Below are positions 42,001 to 55,000 of a stretch of 64,000 nt of DNA, piece after piece. Origin of the DNA: Cycas panzhihuaensis. Its lineage: Eukaryota; Plantae; Cycadophyta. Each line of letters begins with the position of its first letter. The stretch's first letter is position 1. Location of the stretch: contig CM041465.1 of NCBI GenBank assembly GCA_023213395.1, forward strand, positions 190,409,741 to 190,473,740, read 5' to 3'. Position numbers and translations under genes: made by a program. The notes below the pieces were generated by a model that was given only the letters and a program-made list of their open reading frames with translations, had not been told where the DNA came from and did not search any database.

Positions 42001-45000
42001 CTAACTATTACAGATCATATCTTTCTCTACTAGAACCATGAGATCCCTAGGGAAATCACTCTTCCACTCTTGACCTTTCCTGTGCCTTGCTCCCCAGTTT
42101 GCCAAAAAGTCAGCTGGCTTATTACCTTCTCTCAAAGTATGCCTTATACGAACTTCTGCCAGTCCCTTAATGAGCGCTTTGGCATCATTGAAAAGGGACT
42201 AGAATTTCCAGTCTAGACGGGCCTCACCTCTTAACGTATTTAGCACCACCTCTGAATCCCCCTCTATTACCAAACGCTGAGTATTTCCTTCAACTGCTAG
42301 GTCTAAGGCTTTCAGCATAGCATGCATTTCCACATAATGGTTTGTCTGGAATTCATAGTAATCCGCAAAAGCCCAAATTAGGGAACCAGTGCAATCCCTA
42401 CAAATACCCCCTCCTCCAGCTTCCCCAGGGTTCCCTTTAGCAGCCCCATCAAAGTTAACTTTGATCCAGTGCTCCTCAGGAGGCTGCCAACTGCTACCTC
42501 TGGGCCTTACAGTCATAAATACAGGTTGCATACCCCATTTACTTAGAATCCTACTCTCTGGCATGGATATACGCTTTTCTTTCACATTTCTAACATTTTC
42601 CCTAATGTCCATACATATTCTGTTGAAAATGGCAATCTGGTCCATCTGTTTTCCCTGAAAGATTCTTCGATTTCTCTCTTTCCATATATTCTAAGCCAAT
42701 ATGGGGAGCGTACTCTTCCAAATGCAGCTCAGTGTTTTTCTTTGAAAGGGATAAGCCAGGCGAGCCATAAATCAATGATCTTTTTGGAAAATGTCCAGCA
42801 AACCTCTAGTTTTCCCAGCAACATCCTCCAGACCTCCCTTGTGAAAGAACACCGAATGAAGATGTGGTCCATGGATTCCTCCTCTGAGCAACATAAAGTG
42901 CATTTGTTTTCCAACATAAAACTTCTCTTCTTAAGATTATCTATAGTGAGGATTTTATTCATAAGGCAGGTCCACCAGAATATAACAATCTTAGGAATGA
43001 TATGAAGCCTCCAGACACCTTCCAGGGTTGGACTTCTCTGATCCCCTCTAGTTAAACAAAGGAAATGGTATCTTTATTTAACAGTGTATTCCCCGGACGG
43101 GCCCAGAGGCCACACAACCGTATCCGGCAAAGTCATTCTAGGGATGTAATTCTTACTAAGAATCCTTTTTAACTTGTTAAGGCCCTCTTGCAGTTCTACT
43201 CCTTGAATTTCCTCAAGAGACTTCCAGCTCCTATTTTTGCCACTCCCGGACCAATAGTCCTTAACATGAATGCCATATATCCTGACACAGGGATCCATAA
43301 TAGGTACCAGGTCTGGGAAGTCCTTAAGCGCTTTGTCGCAGCAATGCGCATCCTCCCAGAACCTAATAGAGTTTCGATCTCCAAGTCTCCATTTTAAACC
43401 ATTCCTTATGGCTCTCCATGCTTTTAAAATGCTTCTCCAAACTGTAGAACTGACCTGCGAAGCCTCATTCTCTAAAAGAGAACCCCCTTGAATGTATTTT
43501 CTAGACATAATCTTCTCCCAAAGTCTCTCACTCCCTTTAAATAACCGCCATCCCAACTTTGCCCCTAAAGCAGTATTGAATGGTGAAAACCTTCTTAGGT
43601 TGAGGCCACTGGCCCATTTTGGGGTGCAGACTTTATTCCAGCTTACCAGATGTATTCTGTCTTTGCTCTCCGTCCCCGACCATAAGAATCTCTTCTGAAT
43701 AAATTCAATAATATTTGATATACCCATCGGAACACTGAATATGGACATCCAAAATATAGGAACGCTCTACAGCGTTGAAGCGACTAGTTGGAGTTTTCCA
43801 GCTAGACTTAAGAGGGCACCTTTCCAGCCCGCCAGCTTCCTTTGCATCCGATCGATGAGGGGGTTCCATATGTCCTTAGTCATCCTCCCTATAAAGAGAG
43901 GCAGACCAAGGCAGATTGTGGGAAGTTTTTTAATGCTCATCTCAAGGATTCTACTTATCCTACCTTGAATATGGCCCGGGGTATTTATAAAGAAGACATT
44001 ACTCTTGTTCAAGTTTATCTTTTGGTTCGTGGCCTCCTCGAAGTGGCCCAAGATCTCTTTAAATTTGGAAGCCTCCCTTAAAGTGGCTTTCCCTAAGAAG
44101 ATATTGTCGTCCACAAATTGATGATGGACCACATTATCCACTCCAGATGTCGGCTTTATACCTTTTATGGCCCCCTGTCTTTTGACGGACTCCAAGGTTC
44201 TACCTAGAAGCTCAGCCATCGTAATATACAAGAAGGGAGAGAGAGGGTCACCCTGCCTCAACCCCCTAAATCCTGGAAAAAACTTGGAGGAAGAGCCATT
44301 TATGATGACAGAGAATTGTGGGTTACCAATGCATAGTTTTATCCTTGATCGCCAAGTCTCCCCAAAACCAAAAGCTCCAAGGCATTCTAACAAACAGTCC
44401 TAGGAAACCCTATCAAAGGCCTTCGTGAGGTCAATCTTGATAAGCATCGCAGGCTCTTTCCTTTTCGCAGCCGAATGAATTATTTCGTGGACAATAATAT
44501 AGCCATCATATATCTGCCTACCCCGAAGAAAACCATCTTGATTCTGGGAAATGATATTTGGCATAATTTTCTTCACTTTATTCACCAGAACCTTAGTTAT
44601 GATTTTGTATTTAACATTGCAGAGGCTAATGGGGCAGAATTCCTCCATCCTTTTTGCCCCATCGTTTTTGGGGATAAGGACAAGGAATGTGGTCTGCCAC
44701 TCCTGCAAGATCTTTCTGTTCACTTGAAACTCCTTCATTGCTTCCATAAGGTCCCCCTTGATAATGTCCCAGAATTCTAGAAAAAACCCTGGAGGAAAAC
44801 CATCGGGGCCTGGGGCTTTACCTTTCCTCATACTGAATAGAGCCTCCCTGATCTCATCCTGACTGAATGGGGCTATAAGCTGGGCATTCTACTCTTCATT
44901 CACCAAGCATGGAATATTGTTCAGGAAATCATTCCTCCTATCCTCATCCCCGCCTAGCGGTTCAGTGAATAGATCCTTGAAATAATCGCAAGCCAACTCC

Positions 45001-46187
45001 TTCATACCCTCAGCTGAGCTGACAACAGATCCATCATCCTTTTGAAGACTATTGATTCTGTTGTTCGCTCTATGTTTTGCTGTGGTCATATGGAAAAATC
45101 TAGTATTTCTATCGCCTTCGGCCAACCAGAGAGCCCTAGATTTTTGTCTCCAATGAATCTCCTCTCTATTGAGGATCTCCTCCATAGTCTCAGTGAGCTC
45201 CTTCTCAGCCTTGTCCAGCTCCACTGATCTACCCAGCCGTTCAATTTGTTCCTCTATGCCTTTCAGGTCCTGGATAGTTTTGTCCTTTTGTTCATTTATG
45301 TTTTGAAAGACTTCCTTATTCCAAACCTTTACTTGTCTTTTGACCCAGTCCAACTTCTTTGAAAATCTATACATATCGTGTCCTTTAATATCAATGCCCC
45401 ACCATTCCTCAATTCTTTTCCGTAGGTCTGGATGGCGAAGCCACATTAATTCAAATCTAAAGGGGGGCCCAATAAATTTTTTGGGATCTGAAAATTACAT
45501 CAAGAGGGGCGAGTGGTCAGAGCTGATCCTCGGCAAAGCCTCTAAGGCGAAGTCGGAGAAGCACCTCATCTAATCATAGTTGACCAGCACCTGTCGACAG
45601 TTTGAATAAGGCATCCCCAACCTCTTATTGGACCAGGTGAAGGATGCCCCCCTGAGGTTAACATCTTCCAAACCCCCCTGTTGTAAAAAGTCGCTAAAGT
45701 CAGTCATGCTAGTGGTCCATCCCCCGGAGCATCCTCTTTTATCTCCAGGGGATAAAGCTGAGTTAAAATCACCCGCCAGCAACCAAGGGAGTCGGCAATC
45801 CCTGTGTGCCTCGATCAGTCTATCCCAAAGCCTCTTTCTGGCTACTTGAAGAATTGGGGCATATACATTGGTAGCAAGCCATGTGATGTTGCTGCTTTTG
45901 TTCGTTAATCGAACCGAAATAAAAGAATCCTCAATCAAAAAGATTTCTCCCGACCAGATAGATGGGTTCCAAAGCACCATTAATCCCCCGATTCCTTGGC
46001 CATAGTCTCTCTCTATGCCATCATCATGCTTCCAAATTTTGTTTCTAATCTTTGATCCGTTCTCCTCGCATAACTTAGTTTCTTGCAGAAATAACAGATC
46101 CAATTGATGTATGATTCTCATGTCCTTAATAATTCTTTGCTTCGAAGGGGCATTCAAACCCCTAATATTCCATGACATAATTTTCAT
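42001..46187 (-). pseudogene. L1 ORF2: APE endonuclease, RT, zf-RVT, RNase H; several stops and frameshifts
   Basis: MKIMSWNIRGLN, LFLQETK, LAGDFN; KAPGPDGF, KIDLTKAFDRVS, GLRQGDPLSPFLY, QFVDDNIFL; CTLCCSEEESMDHIFIRC; KVNFDGAAKGNPG, IEGDS, HTLREGNKPADFLAN. Confidence 0.95.
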
Positions 46188-46211
46188 CACTTATTTCTCA
46201 GTTTCCAAACC

Positions 46212-47564
46212 TCAGCAGTATCCCCTTTTGGGGTTCTCTTTCTTGTCTTTGGATCTCAGAATAGGTCCTTCAAGAAATGCTTCCTTTAGAGTTTTCTGGG
46301 TACCTAGATCCACCTGGGCAGTTGATTCTTTCTCCCTTTGTAGCTTAGAAGGTGGTCTCCCGACCTTCTTCTCGGCTCCCACATCAGGCATCTTCTTTTG
46401 AGATAAGGATGGTTGCGGTAGTGAATCGAGGGCTGACCTTCCTAATTCCACTGTGTCCTCAGTACCGTTAAGCCCCTGGTTCGCTTCAACATCTGTGGGC
46501 AGATCTGCCACCAACACAGCCTTTTTATCCTTCTTTTCCTTCTGCCTTATAGGCTCATGCAGATTAGTATGGACCGGAGAACCTACTCCAGAATGGGAGA
46601 GATCCCCCGATCTAGTCACTCCAGCCGGGCACTCTTGAATCACAAGGGCCTGAGCCTCTTGATCATCTTCCTCCAAGAGTGTGTCCTCCTCATTTGGGTC
46701 AAAACCCATGTTCGGGAAAGAGGCCTCCGTGGCCTCCATTGGTGCTGGGCGTTCAAAACCCACCCCTTTTTCTTGGGGGTTTGACTTTAGTGGATCTTCT
46801 TCTTTCTCGTCTTTTGAGGGCTGCACTCTCGGGCACTTTTGGGGCAGATGCCCCATATTTCTGCAAGTTGAACATCTAAAGTGGTCCATCTCGTAGACCA
46901 GCGGTTGAACCCAACTCTTATCTCGCAAATCCATCCAGATATCATCCAAGAGGGGCTTGTCTAGTCTTGCCAGGGCAAAAATTCTGGCATTTATGAGCTT
47001 ACTCCTGTTCTTCATTGCGGAGTCAACTGCTAATACAGGGCCCACCACTTTCGCTATACCTCTAAACACCTCAAGGTTCTAGTGGTGAAGGGGGAGGCCC
47101 GGGAGTTGGATCCATATCGGAGCTTGTTTAATTTTAGGGCTTGAGGGATCACAATCCCTATGTCATTTCTCGAGAGAAAGGGCCTTCCTTCCGAACATCC
47201 ATGGTGCTCTGATCAGTATGCTGGACATGTCTTCATAAGAGGCAAATTTAAATAGCACACAGCCCTCAGGCATGGCTATTACCTCCACACTGCTCACTGT
47301 TTTCCATTTTGTCTTTGTCCAAGTTCTAATGGATTCCAGTCCCGGCCTGGGGCCTGAGAATCTACCAACAAGGCAATTTTCCCATAATTTTTCGCTTTTT
47401 TCCACCAGAGCTAGTGGGATCTTCAGTCTTACTTTATTATCCTCGAACACATGTGTTAGGTCAAAGGATTCCTCCTCGTTTGTTTTCAAAGCATCCTGAT
47501 AGGTTCTCCCCAAAGCCAGGTTAGGGTTCTCGTTCTGATTTTGAGGGGAATGATCTTTTTCCAT
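46212..47564 (-). pseudogene. L1 ORF1 (DUF4283-type region plus zinc knuckle), interrupted by stops
   Basis: WENCLVGRF..W..GCVLFKF..RAPWMFG; WIQLPGLP; CSTCRNMGHLPQKC. Confidence 0.92.
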
Positions 47565-50559
47565 TTTTTTAAAAATTCAAAACAAAGGAAGAAAGCTCCA
47601 AATAGGAAAATAGTGGCATACCATTTCATCTTCAAGCTTGCTTTCAAGGGGCTAACATCCGAAATCTTTGCAGTATGCCCGACATCTCCCTTCAAAACCT
47701 CTCTAGCTCCACGTTTGGGTCTATTATGCAGTCTATTTGTGTAACTTTGGGACCTGCGTCCCTTCCCAAGCCTCTTCATGCCCGATAGTCCTGCTGAATC
47801 GTGGCGACTCTCTTCTTCTAGAAGATCAAACCGGGGTTTCGAAAAGCCTAACTTCCACGCTCGAACACTGGAAACTCTAACCCGTTGCTTCTAGAAGATA
47901 CCGGCTCTGGCACTTGGCGGCCCGTCTACCTCCTGGGTGAACTCGTTTACATCCTGCTTGTCCTCCGTCTCAACATGAGTGAGGGGAGAGATAGACCTAA
48001 AAACATCTTCAGAAGCCAGCCAGCCGGCCCTGCCTTTACCCTCCAAGGGACGCCATGGCATCCATAAACTTGTCGCTGCGTATTCCGTCTCAGCCGCGTC
48101 GAACCCTAGCTGCAGAATCCTCCTATAGTCTAATTTATCTTACCATCATAAGACCTAATATCTTATATTTTGTAGATGTTATTTCCAGATATATATAGGA
48201 TCCTTACATTGGAAAGTAGTGAAAAGAATACTTAGGTATTTCAAAGGCACCTTAGATCTAGAACTTACATATACAAAATATGATAGAGGAAAGCTAATTG
48301 GATATAGTCATTTTGATTAGGCTATATACAAAGAAAATAAGAAGTTAATTATTAGATATTATTTTCTTCTTGGCTTAGCAATAGTATATAGGAGTAGTAA
48401 AAAGTAACTAATTATTATATTATCATCTATAGAGGCATAATACAAAGTAATAATAAGTATATTATGTGAAGTAGTATGGCTAAGGTAATTTTTGGTAGAT
48501 TTAAATCAAAAGCAGAATAACCTAATAACTCTTTATTGCAATAATCAAGCCATAATAAAGTTGATAAAGAATCAAGTCTTTCATACCATAACCAAACATA
48601 TTGAAGTACATTATTATTTTATCTGATAAAATATTTGGAATAAAGAAATAAAGCTAATATATTATATAACAACAAGTTATAAATATCTTGACTAAACCTC
48701 TTAGCAAAGATAAATTTTAATTTCTTAGAGATAAGGTTGGTTTAAAATAGATAAAACATTAAAACAAGGTATTAGAATAATATTTTATCTATGATAAGAA
48801 GTCTAGTCAGTTTGTCGGCATAAGGAAGTTGAGTCAAGATGTCAATAAAAAGTCTAGTTAGTTTGTCAACAACATAAGAATGATTAATATTGACATGATA
48901 GGTGTCAACTTAATGTAAAGTCATGTACTATAAATAGCTTATGTCAATAAGCCTTCATTGGTGAGTAGACTTAACTTAATTATTTACAAGTTAAGCTAAA
49001 CCTTATGGATATAAGACATATATAACATGAGTTAAGCAATTATAAAATAGCCTATGATAATTAAAATTAACATATAAGGTATTAGAAAATGAGTATGCAA
49101 AGCTCTAATACCATGTTAGAATAACGATATGCTATGTATACAAGAAATAAAATATGATGGTGAGTAAATGATACAACAATGAAGCATAAGGAAAATAAAG
49201 TATGTACAAGTTAACATAAGATATGGAAGAATGGGCAAAGTTCGAATTAGAATAAATGATAATGTATATACTTATAGTATAAACTCACCATGAATGAGAT
49301 AACCCCATTGGTTTATCTTAAAGGTAGTTCACATCTTTATATGGCTTACAACCTCAAATATAATAATATAAATAAATGTGAAGATAGTGTAGGTGGGGAT
49401 AATTATATAATTGGGTATTACACCCAATATTTCCCCTCTATAATACATAATTATATAAGATAAAATATCATATCAAAAATAAATATTAAGTTTTCAAATG
49501 AATGCTAGGTCATAAGCAGATGTAATACTATAATTTGTTACCGATGTCCTTATGAAGAAAAGCCCATTTATCGAAATGCATGGGTAACCAACTATTGCAA
49601 CCACTAGTTGAATAAGAACCTCCTTTGGATACATGGTTCAATTAGCATGAAGTCAACGTCACTCTAAGAACACACCATCCTACATAGCCAAATAAGTGAG
49701 ATGATGAAGAAATACAAGAGTAGTTGAAAAGGGGTCCTATCTCTTACTTAAATAGGATAATATAGGTAGCTTTAAATAGGTCTAAGACCTTATATTAGCA
49801 CTATGGCCTTAAATTACCTTTGTAGGCTAAAAATATACCTCTATGGGATACATCATACCACTATGGACTTTAATATATCATTATGGACTAAAATCAAATA
49901 ATAGATATCATAATCATGACTAAAAAATGGATGTGATTGAAATACAATATGAATGTATCTCCCAAATAATGAATTTTAATGTGAAATAGGTTCTCTAGAG
50001 CTAAAAATGAGCCATTATACATGTTATCACCCAATTTGGGATACATTATATTAATGAAATATATAAAAAATAGCATTAAACACTAAAAATTACTTATAAG
50101 TGCTAACAACGTGAAGAAAAATAAAGTTTTGAAAGAAACTTTTGATTTTGAGCTAAAATTTCTACATCGAATCAGCTCTAAATATTGTGAAATGACTTGC
50201 CAAATGAAATCTCTCTCAGTCATAAATCCAACATAATTGATGAGATTGAAAGTAGAGTCTGGATGCTCAAGTGACAACAAAAAAAATGACAAAGTCTCTA
50301 TGAAAGTTAAAACTTAAAGGCTTAGCCCCTTTCACCAACTAGTTGAAGGTCATATAGCACCACCGTGTGACCAAGGGTTGATGAACTAGAGGGATGGGTA
50401 GACTTCAAATTAAAATTAACTAAATTTAAAAAGTTTTGTATTTGTAAAGTAATTAATTTAAAATCTATAAAGATTCCAAATTTACTAAACAAAATATGTT
50501 AGTAATTAGAAAAGAAATATATGTCAAAATATTAAAAATAAATTATATTTTAACTAAAA

Positions 50560-51605
50560 TGATTAAGGTTTCAATCATCATGTTATAGGGGCACCATTTT
50601 ATCTTCATTCTCTCTACATTAAAGTTTGATGGGTGGTTGTCATTAATTCATTTCTACATATAGTGGGTACCTACACAGATTTAGGTTACTCCTTTGAATC
50701 ATGTACTGTAAGAGCTCTTCTCTATCTAATTTAGAAACTCTCTATGGAGGCCCTTCAAATCTACACTAGACTTGCTTGGCAATCTCTTTCAAGGTATAGA
50801 AAGTATTGCCAATGGTTGTAATAATGCCTCTATAGAAAGCTCTCAGAAACATGAATGTCAATTATGGGCAGTTAGGCAGCATCAACAATGCAACCTTGCC
50901 ATATATAAATGGCATCCTGATAGTTCTCTGAATGATGCACACCCTATTATGAAACTCTGATAATCTGTTAAAGTAATACATATGTAGAGGTAAATAATTA
51001 GAGATCTCAATGCCTAACAACTTTGATCCATACATATATTTTATGTTTTCAACACTATCAGTCTTGGTCCTGAGAGTTGCAATAATAGAAAGCTCTTTAA
51101 TCTTACTCTTTAAATGGTCCAGTTCATAAATAGTTTTTTGAATTGCTATAGCTTCAACTTGATCTTTAGAAAAGGCTAATGCAATGATTCTAATAGAAAT
51201 AACATCAACACAAATTGTAAGATGGCAAGTAAGGCTTCAACACCTAACATCTAGCACCTTGCCCTGGTACCTTAGTAAATTCTAAATTCATAAGGTATAA
51301 TAGAAATTGCCCATTAGAAATAACATAAGGAGGCTACATATATTTTAAATTGTAAATATTTCCTATTTATAGGCTACTCATTGCGAAATTTTTCTTTTAT
51401 AATTGTAGAGTTATTTTTGACCTTTAGATAGCCAAAAAAAACTCCTTCAGTTATTGTCAACAACTCCATTATAATCTACCACTGGTATACAAAGAGATTG
51501 CTATACTAATTGCATATGCTCAGAATAAAATTCTCATCCTTGTTGATAGAAAACATGTTGTTTCTACAAGGTGATCAGGTCTACATGAATAACTGATTTA
51601 TTCAT
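50560..51605 (-). pseudogene. Decayed ORF of unknown function in element B
   Basis: One frame from aaaaATG at 51605, with 124 stop-free codons at 51236-50865 (SLTCHLTICVDVISIRIIALAFSKDQVEAIAIQKTIYELDHLKSKIKEL..RLSEFHNRVCIIQRTIRMPFIYGKVALLMLPNCP). The 5' third is stop-rich, so the ATG link is uncertain. Confidence 0.45.
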
Positions 51606-52082
51606 TTTTCCTTTATGAATAATAGCTTTAAAAAATCTTCAACATATGCTTCAAAACAACCTTATAATAGCATCAAAATAGTCCCTTAATAATGACTAAA
51701 AAATGTTACAAAACAACCCTAAAGATAATGAAAATAATCCCAAATATGTGTATAAAAATAAAACATCAAATAGCTTCAAAAATCTTGAAATGATCCTTCA
51801 AATGATTAAGAAACAAGTCACTAATCAGGCATAATACAATTTCCCTAAAAAAATTGGAAAGGCTCTAAAAAATTAAAAGAATAACATGTATAAAGGTTAT
51901 AAAATATTATCCTTAAGGATTTAAACCTTTAGTAGAAAATGAGTATGCAAAGCTATGATACGATGTTAGAAAAATGATATGGTATGCATACAAGAAATGA
52001 AATATGATAATGAGTGAATAATATAACAATGAAACACAAGGAAGATGAAGTATATACAAGTTAAAACAAGATATAGAAGAAT

Positions 52083-55000
52083 TAATAAAAATGTCAATAT
52101 CTAAATACATATGCAATAATCTACGTACATTAAGCAACACAACTGAAATATTCAAGAAAATATGTAAATAATACAATAAATAGACCAGTAAGGTTGCAGA
52201 CGAATTTGTCACATCGCAGGCTCTCTATTGGGCAAAGCTTCCACATAAAATTAAATTAATGTGATATATAAATATGTAGGGAATTATTTATAGCCAACTT
52301 TTAATATTAAAATATAATTTGATAGGTTGATTTAATGGCACAAGATGTGGACCTGACCTCATGATTAAATATGGTTTAATTATATAAAAGGTCCATTAGT
52401 GCATACTATAAACATTAGATTATAAAGATGTGAAGAAATATAGGAGGTATTAGATAATTTTAACACCCTCCATTAATAGCAACTTCATTTCTTTAGATTT
52501 TAAGGTCATATCTAAACCATTCAAACTTTAGTTTACCAAGTTCTTTGGTAAAGATGTTGGCGACCTGGTCTTTAGTATGATGGTAAGTGAGATTAACTTC
52601 TTCATTTTGGACACGATCATAGATAAAGTGGTGATGGATCTCGATATGTTTGGTTCTAATATGGAATACAAGATTCTTCATCATCTTTAGCATGCTTTAA
52701 TTATCATAGTATAGGATGGTAGATGTAAATTGTTGAAGTCTAAGCTTGGTTAGAATCTTTCTAAGCTAAATCAACTCGATTATAGCATGGACAACTACTT
52801 TATATTCTACTTCAGTGGAGGAAAGGGTAATATTTTCCTACTTCTTATAGATCCACAAGATTATAGATAAGTTTATATAAAATAATAACCTAAAGTTGAA
52901 TAATATGTGTCCTGGCAACCAACCTAATCAGCATTTATATGTCCTTTTAGGGTAGATGAGTCAGTCTTGTTATACTCAAGGCCAAAGTGATCAATGCTAC
53001 AAATATATTTGAAGATCCTAGTGGTTGTTCTCTAATGAGAATCTTTGGGTTGTAATATATACCTAGAATAGATCCCTACTACATATGACATGTCTGGATG
53101 AGTATGGGTAAGATAAATAAGGCCCCTAACTAACTACCAGTACAAAGTAGGATTGAAAAGCTTTTCTTGATCATCTAAGTTTAACTTGCTTCCTATCTCC
53201 ATGCAAATTAGTATAGACTTATATTCTATCATCCAAAATCTTTCTAAGAGCTCATTGGCATGCTTAGTTTTAGTTGGGAGGATGTGGCTTCATTCTTTCC
53301 AAAATTCAATTACAAGGAAGTAGTGGAGTAGCCTAAGGTCAGTCATCTCAAAGTTATTCTTTAATTCTAATTAAATCTAAGAAATTTTATCTATATTGTT
53401 ACCAATGATAACAATATCATCCACATAAAGGATAATGATTGTGATCAAATTATCTCTAACCCAAATGTAGAGATCAGGGTTGGATGGTAAATGATTAAAT
53501 CCATACTATATAGGGAAGGTATCCATCTTTGTATACCAAGTACGTGGTGCCTACTTAAGTCTATAAAGGGCTTTCTTGAGTCTATGAACTAAGTGTTCTT
53601 ACTCTAGAATAGCATAGCTTGGGGGTTATTTCAAGAAAACCTCTTCTTTGAGCTCTCCATTGAGGAAAGCACTCTTCATATCCATTTGGTAAACAAGCCA
53701 TCCAAATTAGTCTACTAGGGATATAACCAAATAGAATGTCGTCATATTAGCAACTAATACAATGGTCTCACCATAGTCAATTCCTTCTTATTATTTGAAA
53801 CCTCTTGTTACAAGGCAAGCTTTATGACATTCTACAGTTCCATCTCCATAGAACATTATCTTATACAACCGTCTATAGTTAATTTCTTTCTTCCTAGGTG
53901 GAAATCCAGTTAGCTCTAAGTTTTATTTTCTAAGATAGAATTCATCTCATCCATAGCTACTTTCAACATTTGGTGTTTAACTACCTCCTCAAACATGGAA
54001 GGCTCAGGAGTTTCAAGGACACATGCCATGAAGGAAACGTTTATAGAGTGTCTCATCTTGGAAGGCCTCTTTGCAACTATGGGAAGAGGAAGAGCATCCT
54101 TTAAAAGTTGTTATACCTACTTAAGAGGTAATTGAAAACTAGTGGCTTCCACTTGAAGGTCATCAATTGAAATGAGAGGCAAGGTTATTCTTGCTTGAGT
54201 GGATGATGAAGATGTTGCTGGAACTATGACGGACCTAGAGTGTATAAGGAAGTTGGTACTGGTGGCTCTAAAATTTATTAAAGAGTTACTTGTGATGCAC
54301 TAACTTCACCTATTACTATAATATGAGTTTGAGAAGGAGTCAGTTCACGTGGTTTTTCTGCAAAGATTACATCACGTGTCATGTAAGCTTGGTTACCAAC
54401 TATGTCAAATACTTTATAGGCTTTGTAACTAAGTATATAACTAAGGAAGATGCACTTAAGGCTCTTTTCATCAAGTTTCTTTATGTTATCCTTTAGGATA
54501 TATTTGCGTGCAACGCATCTAAAGATCCTCTAGTGAGCTATAAATGGTTTTTGACCTAACTAAGTTTCTTCAGGAGTAATGTTCCTAACTGTAACTTGGG
54601 GGCTTATGTTGGTTAGGTAAGTAGTAGTGGCAATGGCATCGACTCAAAATATGGTTGTAAGGTTAGAAACACTAAGCATGGATTTTCCTTTGTTGATCAA
54701 AGTCTAATTCATCCTTTCAGCTACATTGTTCTGTTAGGGTGTGCGAGGAGTAGAAAATTGATGATGGATGACATGTTCCTTGCAAAATTTATTGAATTGA
54801 TTTAAAATATACTTAATACCATTTTTAGATCTAAGGGTCTTGGTTTTTATTTCACTTTTATTTTTTGCAACAATTTTTAACTCTTTTAATCTATCTAGGG
54901 CTTAGTATTTATTTCTCAAGAAATAGACCCATACTTTCCTTAGGAACTTATCTATGAAGGTGATGAAATACCAACTATCATTCAGAGATTTGATGGAAAT

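Larger units (their letters stand above)
41849..48123 (-). mobile_element. Near full-length L1-clade LINE with RNase H, recently inserted
   Basis: Exact TSD tatagtctaatttatctt (41831-41848 / 48124-48141). Poly(A) tail seen as a T run at 41847-41856. ORF1 and ORF2 domains in order. Much higher GC than the flanks. Confidence 0.97.

Noticed and set aside
42389-48067. Many plus-strand ORFs of 60-100 aa
   Set aside because: Antisense shadows of the GC-richer L1 ORF1/ORF2.
51000-51320. Faint resemblance of the element-B ORF (NIKYMYGSKLLG) to plant rhabdovirus matrix proteins
   Set aside because: Only a few residues, compared from memory, and no convincing viral gene-junction motif. It needs a profile search.
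51916-51963. tRNA gene or tRNA-derived SINE
   Set aside because: Only two short tRNA-iMet-matching boxes, with no cloverleaf or A-box; better explained as primer-binding sequence.
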